A DNA stretch of 64,000 bases from Candidatus Aenigmatarchaeota archaeon (GCA_038997165.1 JAWBAK010000001.1:408917-472916), one strand, 5' to 3'; counted from the stretch's first letter, positions 9,845 through 19,207 are shown. Program-made: numbers and translations. Notes: generated by a model from the sequence alone, not told the origin.

Positions 9845-11455
9845 TTATTCAACAACTAAAAAATCTTTATCTTTAATCGCTTCTTCAATTTGTTTTTTCA
9901 TAATCTTTATCTTTAATAGCTCTTTTTTTATTTCGCTATCTTCCCCTCTAAATTCTCTTATAACTTCAGATATAGTTTTTAAGCTATTTCCAAGTTCTTT
10001 AAGTACTTTTATAAGATTAAGCCAATAAATATTAACTTTTATTTGAGTTTTTTCTTGAGCTTTCTTTAATGTTTCTATTTCTTCTAACAAATTATTAATA
10101 ATTTTCTTAGTATTTTCTAATTCATTTTTAAAATTGTTTATTTCGTTTAAATTTAAATTAGACATATTTTTTATTCTTTCTATTTCTTTATTAATTTCTT
10201 CAGAATTTTTTTCAAAATTATCCAAATATCTTTGAATTTCCACAACTCTTTCTAATAAATTTTCTATTCTTTTTTGATCTATTTCTTTTTTTTGTTTTTC
10301 TAAGACAAAATTTTTTAGTTTTTCTATTTCAGAATTTATTTCTAAAAAATTTTTTGAAAAGGTATTTAAGGAATTTTCTAAGGAAGTATACATATTTAAA
10401 ATGTTGCTTATTTTATTTTCTACTTCAATATTTAAGTTATTTTTTAAAGAGTTTATTAAATCAAATAAAATTTTAATATCTTTTTCTGTTTTTTCAAAAA
10501 AGCCTTTTATTTTTTCAATTTCTGTATTGAACGTTTCAATTTTTTCAAAAAAATTTTTTTCTTTTATTATACTATTATTTTTGATTTCTTCAATAGTTGT
10601 TCTAATTTCATTAAAATTATTTTTAAGATATTCTATATTTGAAAATAAATCCTTTATTTTTTCAATTTCGACTATTTTTTCTTCTATATTTTCTATTTTA
10701 CTCTTTAAAGAATGTTGATTAATTTCTAAATTTTTTACAGTATTTTCAATTTTTAAAAAATTTGAAAAAGTCTCAAATTGAGGTTTAATTTCTTTTTCTA
10801 CATAATTTTTTAAAATTTTTATTTCCTCTTTTATGTTTTCAAAAATTTTATCAAATTCTTCAACTTTTTTAATTTTTTCTAAAACTTCTTCTATCTTTTT
10901 TTCTTGATAGGATATAAATATATCTATTTCGTTAATTTTGTTTTCGAATTTGCTAATATCTAAACTATTAATTCTATTTTTTAATTCATTAATTTTGTTT
11001 TCCAAATTTTCTATATATTCTTTTTTTAAATTTTCTATTTTATTAAAAACTTCATTTTTTAAATTTTCAAAATTTTGAAGATTTTGAGATAACTGATTTT
11101 TAATCTGATTTATATCTTTTAATTCATTTTTTAATTTATTTATTTCGTTTAAAATTTCTTTAACAGTATTGAAATATTCTTTTAATTTTTCAGAAATTTC
11201 TTCTACTTTTTCGTATTTTCTTTCTAATTTGGAAAGCTCCAAATTCCTAATTTTTATAATTTCATCTTCCAAATTCCTAATTTTTAGAGGTAAGTTTTCA
11301 AAATTTATTAAAAAGTTTTTAACTTTTTTATCGAATTCATCAATTTTTTTCTCAACCTCTTTTAATTCTTCTTTTAAATTTTCAAACTCTTTTTTTTCTG
11401 ATTTTTTTATTAGGAATTTTTTCTTTATCTCTTCTAATTCTTTTGAAAAATCCAT
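9845..11455 (-). CDS. Long coiled-coil protein (536 aa), function unknown
   Basis: E/K/I/L/N-rich heptad pattern throughout; no ATPase motif. Confidence 0.8.
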   Translation of the reverse strand: MDFSKELEEIKKKFLIKKSEKKEFENLKEELKEVEKKIDEFDKKVKNFLINFENLPLKIRNLEDEIIKIRNLELSKLERKYEKVEEISEKLKEYFNTVKEILNEINKLKNELKDINQIKNQLSQNLQNFENLKNEVFNKIENLKKEYIENLENKINELKNRINSLDISKFENKINEIDIFISYQEKKIEEVLEKIKKVEEFDKIFENIKEEIKILKNYVEKEIKPQFETFSNFLKIENTVKNLEINQHSLKSKIENIEEKIVEIEKIKDLFSNIEYLKNNFNEIRTTIEEIKNNSIIKEKNFFEKIETFNTEIEKIKGFFEKTEKDIKILFDLINSLKNNLNIEVENKISNILNMYTSLENSLNTFSKNFLEINSEIEKLKNFVLEKQKKEIDQKRIENLLERVVEIQRYLDNFEKNSEEINKEIERIKNMSNLNLNEINNFKNELENTKKIINNLLEEIETLKKAQEKTQIKVNIYWLNLIKVLKELGNSLKTISEVIREFRGEDSEIKKELLKIKIMKKQIEEAIKDKDFLVVE

Positions 11456-11456
11456 T

Positions 11457-12503
11457 TTAACTTTCAGCTAAAATTTTTAAAAAATTTAATATTTCAGAAA
11501 TATTTTTGATAACTTCATTATATTTTTTTTCTAACTCGTTTATTCTTATATTTAAGTCTTTGTATTCTAATTTTGAGAATTCCTCAATTTTTTTATTAAT
11601 TTCATTTTTCATTTTATCGATTTCTGTTATTTGTTTAAATACTACATTTTTTAATTTTTCTATTTCACTTTTTTTAACAAAATCGTTTAAATTTATATTT
11701 TCTATTTTATTTTCCAAATTCCTAATTTTTAAAATATAATCTTCTAAAATTTTTAACTTTTCAAAAATTATTTCTCTTTCTTCTTTTAATTTATTTAATG
11801 TTTCTCCAAAAATTTTCAGGTCTTGAGAAATTTGAATTGCTTCTATTTTTTTTCTTAATTCTTCTTCATATTCTTTTATTTTCTTTAATCTATCTTTAAG
11901 TTCGTTTATCTCTTCTTTTCTTATAAAACTACTTGATAAAACTTTTAGCTCGTTTACATCTTTAACAAATTCTTTAAATTTTTCTTTTAGTAAAGATATT
12001 TCTTTTTTTAATTCTAAAAATTCTTCAAATCTCTTATTCATTTCTAAAAAAATTGCCTCAATTTTAGAAGATGTTGAAAAAATTTTTGTTTCTGATTTTT
12101 TAATTTCACTTAAATCTTTTTTAATATCTTTTTCAATTTTATCAAATTCTTCAAAATCTTTAAATCTAATATAAACTTTTCTTATTTCTTTTAATTCTTC
12201 AATAATTTTGTTTAAAAGAGTTTCATTACTTTCTATTTTTGCATTTATAACTTCTATTTTTGCATAAAACTCATTAAATTTTTTAATAATTTCTTCAGGT
12301 TTTAATTCTTCAACAATTTTAATAGTTTTTTCAAAGGAAGTTTTTAATTCAGCAATTTCTCTTTCTTTATCTACTAAAGAGTTTTTAATTTCTCCAATGC
12401 GTTCATTTAAAAAAGAAATTCTATTATTCAATTCTTCTTTAATTTTTATTAGAACATCAACTTTGGCTTTTAATTTTTCTATGTCAACTTCCAAATTTTT
12501 CAT
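11457..12503 (-). CDS. Coiled-coil protein (348 aa), function unknown
   Basis: Continuous heptad repeats; its stop lies 1 bp from the start of the downstream coiled-coil gene, suggesting an operon. Confidence 0.8.
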   Translation of the reverse strand: MKNLEVDIEKLKAKVDVLIKIKEELNNRISFLNERIGEIKNSLVDKEREIAELKTSFEKTIKIVEELKPEEIIKKFNEFYAKIEVINAKIESNETLLNKIIEELKEIRKVYIRFKDFEEFDKIEKDIKKDLSEIKKSETKIFSTSSKIEAIFLEMNKRFEEFLELKKEISLLKEKFKEFVKDVNELKVLSSSFIRKEEINELKDRLKKIKEYEEELRKKIEAIQISQDLKIFGETLNKLKEEREIIFEKLKILEDYILKIRNLENKIENINLNDFVKKSEIEKLKNVVFKQITEIDKMKNEINKKIEEFSKLEYKDLNIRINELEKKYNEVIKNISEILNFLKILAES

Positions 12504-12613
12504 AATATTAATACTATTAGTTATCTATTTTTATTTATTTTAATGTTAAAAATTTTCATTTTATTTTAACATTTTAACAAAATCTTTATATATTTATTTA
12601 AAAATTAAATATT

Positions 12614-13123
12614 ATGGAATTAATTAGAATAATAATTCTTTCAGCGGCTTTTTTAGTTGTAGTAGGTGTTGGGGGTTTAATATATAATGCTAATTTTGTT
12701 CAAATAGAAGCTGCTACTTCTAATTTTGTATTAGTTTTAGTTGCGTTATTACTTTTAATTTTTGCGGCTTATTTGCTATTAAAACAGGATATAAAACTTC
12801 AATTCAAAAGATTATTTTTAGAAAAAAGCGATGAAGCAACATTGCTATATGTTAAAAACGAATTAAAAAAATTAAAAAATACTTTAGATGAAATTAAAAA
12901 AATAAATAAGAGGAATGCAAATAAGGTTTTAAAAAACGTAAAATTAGGCTTAGAAAAGTTAACTCCATATAAACCATATTTATCAAATATTTTTATCGAA
13001 GGAAAATTCTTGGAAAATATGAATAAAATACTTTCCTTCAATAAAATTACTTCTAACAATCTTTCTGAATTTTCTGTTGCAATTAAAGAATTAAAAGAAG
13101 AATTAAAAGAACTCAATTTATAA
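12614..13123 (+). CDS. Membrane protein with two N-terminal TM helices and a soluble helical C-terminus
   Basis: Hydrophobic segments IIILSAAFLVVVGVGGLIY and FVLVLVALLLLIFAAYLLL. Confidence 0.7.
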   Translation: MELIRIIILSAAFLVVVGVGGLIYNANFVQIEAATSNFVLVLVALLLLIFAAYLLLKQDIKLQFKRLFLEKSDEATLLYVKNELKKLKNTLDEIKKINKRNANKVLKNVKLGLEKLTPYKPYLSNIFIEGKFLENMNKILSFNKITSNNLSEFSVAIKELKEELKELNL

Positions 13124-13158
13124 TTTTTTGAATATTATTGAGTTTTTATTTTATTTAT

Positions 13159-13259
13159 GCCGGGGTAGTTTAGTGGTAGAACGCCGCGCTCATATTTAAT
13201 GAGCTTTGAATCGATGATAAGAAACGCGGAGGTCGTGGGTTCAAATCCCACCCCCGGCA
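13159..13259 (+). tRNA. tRNA-Met(CAT), elongator type, with a 29-nt intron at 37/38 (13195-13223)
   Basis: Acceptor stem GCCGGGG/CCCCGGC plus discriminator A; anticodon stem CCGCG/CGCGG around CT-CAT-A^A; T arm GTGGG-TTCAAAT-CCCAC; CCA not encoded. Confidence 0.92.
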
Positions 13260-13404
13260 TTGTAGTCAATTTTTATTTAAATCTAAATAAAACAAAGATG
13301 TTAGATTTGTGTTTTGTTTTTGTTAATGATGTGCGAAATTTTTATTAATGAAAAATATTTGGGTATCAATTAAAGAATAGTGACATAAGTTTTTAAATTA
13401 TTTT

Positions 13405-13620
13405 ATGATTTCAATTAGATTAGTTTTATTTCTTTTGATGATAACTATAGGATTTATTGTATTAATTTCTGGAACTATCCTTTACTTTACGATTGATGGA
13501 AAAGTCTGGAAAAAATAGAGATTTTTGGAATTAGCAAAAAGGATTGGAAATAAATTCATTCTAATATCTTAATAGAAGGATTATTCTTCAATATTTTAGA
13601 AGCTTAATAAGAAATAAATC
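13405..13620 (+). pseudogene. Decayed small membrane protein, DUF4405-like
   Basis: MISIRLVLFLLMITIGFIVLISGTILYF, then after a frameshift IFGISKKDWK*IH; resembles the SG.ILY...FLGLSK..W..IH pattern of DUF4405. Confidence 0.55.
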
Positions 13621-13622
13621 AT

Positions 13623-14212
13623 ATGAAAAATAAGAATTTTTTCAAAAAAGTTGCAAGGATTTATGAATACAGAGATAAAAAGAAGAAATTCAAGAAGAAT
13701 AAAAAGACTATAAAAAGAAAACTAATTGAATTGTGTTTTTATATATTGGTTGCTGGTAATAATTTGGAAAAAACTTTAGAAATTTGAGAAAAAATCTAAA
13801 AATTTAGGTAAAGATGAGTTAAGTAGAACCTAAAAAACTTAGAATATAGATTTTATAACATTAGGTCTAAATACATAGTAGAAAATCGAGAAAAATTAAT
13901 TTATTAGAAGATTTTAAATGTGATGGGAATTTTAGAAAAATTTTGATAGAAAATTTCTATGAGATTAGGTATAAGAAGGCTATCGTTTTTTTAGAAATAT
14001 AGACTGCAATAACTTTTCTATAATTGATAGACATGTCTTAAATTTTTTAAAGAGTTTTAATTTTAAAAAGGAAGTTCTAAAAAGTTTAAATGAAAAACTT
14101 ATCTAGAATTAGAAAAAATACTTAAAAAATAGTACACGAAATTGGAATTACATTGGCTAAGTTAGATTTTTGTATTTTTTATTATCAAGCAAATAGAATT
14201 CATAAAAAATAA
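13623..14212 (+). pseudogene. ogg: 8-oxoguanine DNA glycosylase/AP lyase (archaeal Ogg2, MJ0724-like) pseudogene
   Basis: Colinear fragments in shifting frames: ELCFYILVAGNNLEKTLEI*, YRFYNIRSKYIVENRE, ENFYEIRYKKA (from GIGYKEA), FRNIDCNNFSIIDRHVLNFL, YLELEKIL, GITLAKLDFCIFYY; several stops and frameshifts. Confidence 0.85.
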
Positions 14213-14615
14213 ATATTAAATTAGTTATCGTGGTCTATGATTTTCGATATTTTACTAATTTTCATTTTTTGTTTCTTTTAATTACTCAATATTTTATTAA
14301 ATTAATTCTTTCAAGAGTTTTGTATCAATTTTAAACATGTTTCTAGTTCTGTGATTTGAAATAAATATCACTGCTAATATTTCGAATAATAATGTCGAAT
14401 ACATAATAATATAATAGATGAAGAAAAACATTTCTCAATATTTTAAGCAAATTTTGAAATTTTGATAGATAGCTTATATTTTCTTTTTATTATAAGATTT
14501 AAATATTTTCTTCTTTATATGTTTTTCTCTCGTATAGAATATACATACATACACTACCTCTTTTTATTGATATCTTCTTTTTATTTTAATAAATTATTTT
14601 GGTTCCATTTTTACT

Positions 14616-16226
14616 TTAGAATTCTGTTTTTATTTCAAAATTTTTATATTTTTCTTCAAATTCTTTATCTAATATATCACGCTTTAAATAATAAGGTTTA
14701 AGATCTTCAAGTATAGTAGTTGGACGTTTATCCATGATTGCTACCATCCTATAAATAGCATCTACTATAAATTCTCTATACTCTGGATTAGTCAACAGTA
14801 AAGTAGCTAATTTTTTAATTCTATCGGTATGTTCTCTACTTGTGTCATTTGTGTTGAAAATAGCATGAGTTAACTCTTCCAAGAGAGCTTCAATAAGATG
14901 AGCACACCAATTATCAGTATTACAAGATTTGAGTAGAGATCTTCTTATACCAATTTCTCCTTTAAGAAGAGATAATAAAGCATATCCATATTCATTTTTT
15001 AATTGCTCATCTAATGGTTCATAGATTACAACTTCCCAAGTAGGAATAGTGTAAGGAAGAAATTTTTTTACAATTGTATTTAAAATATTATAAATTTTTC
15101 TTTCATCCTCATCTAATTCTTCATACTTAAATTTTCTTCTTTTTAAATTTTTGTGTTTTTCTATAAATTCTAAACAAGAAGGCAAAATTCCTAAAGAGGC
15201 TAAACTTTCTAAGAGTGGTGTCGATTTTATAACTTTTGCACCTTTATATGATGCTTCTTCTCCTAGATGATCTGGAAATTTAACAACCGCATTTTCTCCA
15301 AATACTAATAACCATGCATTTCTAATAGTTTGAATAGTTTGGTTTATTTGTTCATTCATTTCTTCTATGGATTGAATTTTAATCATAGATTCAAATGTGT
15401 TTTTATTATCCCTAATATCTTCAAATATTTTTTTCCAATATTCTAAGCTATTTATTTTTAGCATATAACTAAGTAGAGACGTTTTTACATCTATTATGTT
15501 AACTACATTTCTTCCTTCTGATATTCTTACTAAATTAGGATTAAAATTATATCCCCAAGAGAGTGGTTCTTCTATTTTAGAAATAAATAAACCACCCACA
15601 AAAATTTTTCCTTCATCTCTAACAATTTGCATTTCATAATTAAAAATATTGTTTGATGTATCTCTAGAAATCTCGTAAACAATTCTATTATCATTAGGTT
15701 TTATTAAATTCTTCTCCAAAATTTCTTTTATTTCACTTTCCTTAATATCCTCTCCTTTAAGTATTACTTTTGTACCATTAATTTCATTTTTAGTTCTATA
15801 AAAATTAATTTTAAAAGTTCTAACTCCATCTTTTTCAACTATTTCTGGCTTAGCAGAATAATTCTTAAAATAAATTTCTACCTCATAACCATTTCTTAAT
15901 GCAACTACTATTGCTAGTTTCATACCTTCGTTAAATCTGCCTATATATCCTTTATCAATTGATTTGTTTTGTGAGCTATATCCAAAATAAAAATCTTTTA
16001 TATTTATTGATTTACCTTTGTTATATATTTCTACTCTTTCCGAAGAGATGTTTATTTCAATGTTTTTCCAATTACCATTTTCTGCATCTATTGCATTAGA
16101 TATAAATTCTCTAATTATATCCCACAAACCCCAATAAGATCTATATCCTTCTATATTTATTGGATAGTGGATTTCTTTCTTTTCTTCAAATAATTTTTTA
16201 ATAAAAGATTTTAATTTACTGATCAT
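14616..16226 (-). CDS. GHKL (HATPase_c-like) ATPase with a C-terminal zincin-like motif
   Basis: WGLWDIIREFISNAIDAE (N box), YNKGKSI, GYSS..K..IGRFNEGMK (G boxes), NGTKV; C-terminal LLEELTHA..D.SR. Confidence 0.75.
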   Translation of the reverse strand: MISKLKSFIKKLFEEKKEIHYPINIEGYRSYWGLWDIIREFISNAIDAENGNWKNIEINISSERVEIYNKGKSINIKDFYFGYSSQNKSIDKGYIGRFNEGMKLAIVVALRNGYEVEIYFKNYSAKPEIVEKDGVRTFKINFYRTKNEINGTKVILKGEDIKESEIKEILEKNLIKPNDNRIVYEISRDTSNNIFNYEMQIVRDEGKIFVGGLFISKIEEPLSWGYNFNPNLVRISEGRNVVNIIDVKTSLLSYMLKINSLEYWKKIFEDIRDNKNTFESMIKIQSIEEMNEQINQTIQTIRNAWLLVFGENAVVKFPDHLGEEASYKGAKVIKSTPLLESLASLGILPSCLEFIEKHKNLKRRKFKYEELDEDERKIYNILNTIVKKFLPYTIPTWEVVIYEPLDEQLKNEYGYALLSLLKGEIGIRRSLLKSCNTDNWCAHLIEALLEELTHAIFNTNDTSREHTDRIKKLATLLLTNPEYREFIVDAIYRMVAIMDKRPTTILEDLKPYYLKRDILDKEFEEKYKNFEIKTEF

Positions 16227-16307
16227 TATTATATAGTAGTTATTACCCTTTATGTAGTTTATAATGTTAATCTACGTTGTTTACCATTTATATTTGTTTT
16301 TAAATAA

Positions 16308-18887
16308 TTATTCGATAAAGTGTCTAATTTTTAAAAACTCCTTTTCTTTTTCAAAAATTTCTCGAATAAGTTCTTCTTCATTTTCATATATTTTTCTTAT
16401 ATTTAATATCTTTTTAGCTGTTTCTATTCCAATACCTTTACCAGCTAAAACTAATGCAGCTTTTTTTCCAAAGCTAATGAATAAAGATGCGCTTTCATAA
16501 AGTTTTTGATATATTTCTTCTTCTTCCTTAGATAAAGAAAGACCTTTAATTTTTTTATTTACAATTTTTAAATTTTTTTCCAAGTCATGTTTAACAATTG
16601 ATAAAAAATAAGAGTTACATTTAATACATTTAGAAAAGTTTATATCTTTAACTTTACTTTCAAAATAGTTTCCACAGTTTAAACAAATAAAAAATAATTT
16701 TTTATTTAGCAATCTATTTTTAATATTTTCTAAAATAGTAGCTGTTAATATTGGAATTTCTCCAAAACTAAAAACTCTTTTTAATAATAGCTCAGAAAAT
16801 TTTGAAAATTTTTCTTTTGTTTCAAATTTTAAATTTTTTATTTCACTTAGAATTTTTTTGGCATTTTCAAAATCTAGCTTTTCAAAAATTATTTCATTTA
16901 AAACTTCTTTTTCTATAATCGAATTTCTATAAAATTCGGCAAGTTTTTTAATTTTCGAAAAATTTATTTCTGCATCCTTAGAAATAATTCCAAATCTTTT
17001 TGCAATTTGATAAAATTTGTAATAAAATAATTTTGAATTTTTAATACTTTCGATAACGAACACTTCAAAATTTTTATCTAAATTTTCTAATGCAAATTTA
17101 AATATTTCATCATTTCTTTTATTAACTCTAAAAATTATTCCATATTGTAAGGATTTATAAAAAATTTCAGAATAAACTCTAGAAATAAAATATAAAATAG
17201 CATACATTAAAGTTTCATTAACTTTATTTCCATAAGGTAAATGAAAAATATAGTAAAAATATTTATTATCAAAAACAATTTCGACCTTTTCTCCTTCAAA
17301 TATATTTGAATTTTTAATTTCTTTTGCAACTTCAAAACTTACCGGTATTAATTCTCCCTCCCAATAAGGAATTATTGCTTCTTCCTCACTAGGTTCAACA
17401 AAAATTTTTTCTTTAATATCAACAACTTTCCAAGAAGTTCCTTTAATTAAATAAGATTTTCCAATTTCTAATTCTGTTGCTACAAAATTTTCATCAAAAT
17501 TAGCAATTAATTTATTAGATGTTATATCAATAACATCATATTGTTTAGTAGAAGGAATAAAAGAAAGATTTTCTATATAGTATTTCAAACCTTTTTTACT
17601 TGCTCTATATCTTTTGTTTTCATCCTCAAAAATTAATTTATGATCTTTCAAAAATTTTATTGTTTCTTTTAATGTTTCGTCGCTTAAACTTTTATAGACA
17701 TATGAATTTTTAAAAATTTCTTTAAACTCTTCAAAACTTTTTCTTTCTTTTAGGCAAATTGAAATTATTTGATTTGCTAAAACATCTAGACAATTTTCCA
17801 TATTTTTAATTTTTTCTATTTTTCCTTCTTTTGCAAGCTTAACTATATTTTTAGATTCTTCAAACTCTAATTCATCGCTACATATAATATAGCCAATAGG
17901 TTTTTTATTTTCCCTATGACCGCTTCTTCCAACTCTTTGGATTAATTGAATAACTTCTCTAGCACTATTATATTGAATTACAGCATCTACATTTCCAATA
18001 TCAATTCCTAATTGTAAGCTAGATGTTGCAACGATAGCTTTTATATTACCTCTTTTAAATTCTCTTTCTATTTCAATTCTGATTTCTTTACTTAAGCTTG
18101 AATGATGAACTTCAACATTTTCATATTTTTTTAAATTGTATGCTAAAAATTCTGCTTCTTCTCTCGTATTTGTAAAAATTAAAACTTGTTTATGTTCTTT
18201 TAAGATTTCCAATATTTTTTTAATTCTATTTTCAAAATCTTTTTCTAAAAATATATGATATTCATATTCTTTTAATTTTTCTATAGCAACAACTTCATAA
18301 TCTTTGCAAAAAATTCTTCCAACTTCATAATTACTAATTGTTGCAGAAATCATTATTGTTTGGAATTTTGCAATTTTTCTTAATCTTTCTAAGCAAACTG
18401 ATAATAAAACACCCCTTTTATTATCTACAATTTCATGAATTTCATCTATTATTACGAATTTTACATTTTTTAAATAATCTTTCAAATTTTTTGAAATTAA
18501 TAGTAATTGAAAAGTTTCTGGAGTTGTTATAAAGATATGCGGTGGAAATAAAGTTTGTTTTCTTCTTTCATATTTTGTTATATCACTATGTCTAACAGCA
18601 ATTTCCAAATCTAAATTTTTACAAAAATATGAAAGTCTTTCTAATAAATCTCTATTCAAAGATCTTAATGGAGTAACATAAATAATAGAAATAGGTAACG
18701 GATTCTCTATTATTTTATTTAAAGCTGGTAAAAAAGCCGCCTCTGTTTTTCCATAGCCTGTGGGAGCAACTATTAAAACATTTTTTCCTTCTAAAATTTT
18801 TGGAATCGAAAGTATTTGAATTTCTGTAGGTTTTTCAAATTTATTTTCAACTAATTTTCTTAGTTTTTCATTAAGTAAGCTAAACAT
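16308..18887 (-). CDS. lhr: Lhr-family SF2 helicase with C-terminal Zn-finger-like Cys pairs
   Basis: APTGYGKTEAA, TPLRSLNRD, ITTPE, DEIHE, SAT, HHSSLSKE, LQLGIDIG, QRVGRSGH, IPYWEGE; CLNC..CIKC. Confidence 0.92.
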   Translation of the reverse strand: MFSLLNEKLRKLVENKFEKPTEIQILSIPKILEGKNVLIVAPTGYGKTEAAFLPALNKIIENPLPISIIYVTPLRSLNRDLLERLSYFCKNLDLEIAVRHSDITKYERRKQTLFPPHIFITTPETFQLLLISKNLKDYLKNVKFVIIDEIHEIVDNKRGVLLSVCLERLRKIAKFQTIMISATISNYEVGRIFCKDYEVVAIEKLKEYEYHIFLEKDFENRIKKILEILKEHKQVLIFTNTREEAEFLAYNLKKYENVEVHHSSLSKEIRIEIEREFKRGNIKAIVATSSLQLGIDIGNVDAVIQYNSAREVIQLIQRVGRSGHRENKKPIGYIICSDELEFEESKNIVKLAKEGKIEKIKNMENCLDVLANQIISICLKERKSFEEFKEIFKNSYVYKSLSDETLKETIKFLKDHKLIFEDENKRYRASKKGLKYYIENLSFIPSTKQYDVIDITSNKLIANFDENFVATELEIGKSYLIKGTSWKVVDIKEKIFVEPSEEEAIIPYWEGELIPVSFEVAKEIKNSNIFEGEKVEIVFDNKYFYYIFHLPYGNKVNETLMYAILYFISRVYSEIFYKSLQYGIIFRVNKRNDEIFKFALENLDKNFEVFVIESIKNSKLFYYKFYQIAKRFGIISKDAEINFSKIKKLAEFYRNSIIEKEVLNEIIFEKLDFENAKKILSEIKNLKFETKEKFSKFSELLLKRVFSFGEIPILTATILENIKNRLLNKKLFFICLNCGNYFESKVKDINFSKCIKCNSYFLSIVKHDLEKNLKIVNKKIKGLSLSKEEEEIYQKLYESASLFISFGKKAALVLAGKGIGIETAKKILNIRKIYENEEELIREIFEKEKEFLKIRHFIE

Positions 18888-18928
18888 AAAAAGTTAAAGG
18901 AATAAATAGATTTTTCTTTAATTATTTT

Positions 18929-19207
18929 ATGCATCCTTTAGTAAAATCTATTGCAGGAATAATAATAGCAGTTTTAGGAATATACTATATATTCAAAGGA
19001 ATTCCTTTCTTAGGAGTAAATCCAGCACTAGAACACGTAAAAATAGTATTAAATGGAGCAATACCAATATTAGCAATATGTTTAGGAATATTTATAGCAT
19101 GGCTTTATTATGACGAGTGGAAAATAGAAAAAGAATTAAAGAGAGAATTAGAAAAAGAAGAAAAAGAAGCTGAAGAAAAGAAAAAACCAAAAAAGAAAAA
19201 GGAATAA
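18929..19207 (+). CDS. Small two-TM membrane protein with charged tail
   Basis: Two hydrophobic helices and a K/E-rich C-terminus; abuts fen. Confidence 0.7.
   Translation: MHPLVKSIAGIIIAVLGIYYIFKGIPFLGVNPALEHVKIVLNGAIPILAICLGIFIAWLYYDEWKIEKELKRELEKEEKEAEEKKKPKKKKE

Noticed and set aside
9845..12503. SMC/Rad50 annotation for the coiled-coil genes
   Set aside because: No Walker A/B, signature, hinge or zinc-hook motif
9276..13116. Antisense ORFs (9276, 9637, 10401, 11169, 11506, 12799) and similar F/S/L/I-rich ORFs elsewhere (e.g. 865, 16264, 36988, 38442, 53132, 54024, 54972, 58743, 63197)
   Set aside because: Shadow frames opposite K/E-rich genes in AT-rich DNA; each overlaps a better-supported gene
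14462..14701. 79-aa plus-strand ORF
   Set aside because: TTG start, low-complexity F/Y/L content, overlaps the 3' end of the GHKL gene; probably spurious
13230..16310. attL/attR duplication of the tRNA-Met 3' end (also checked for tRNA-Arg near 34440)
   Set aside because: No second copy of either tRNA 3' end found by eye and no integrase, so no intact integrated element is called
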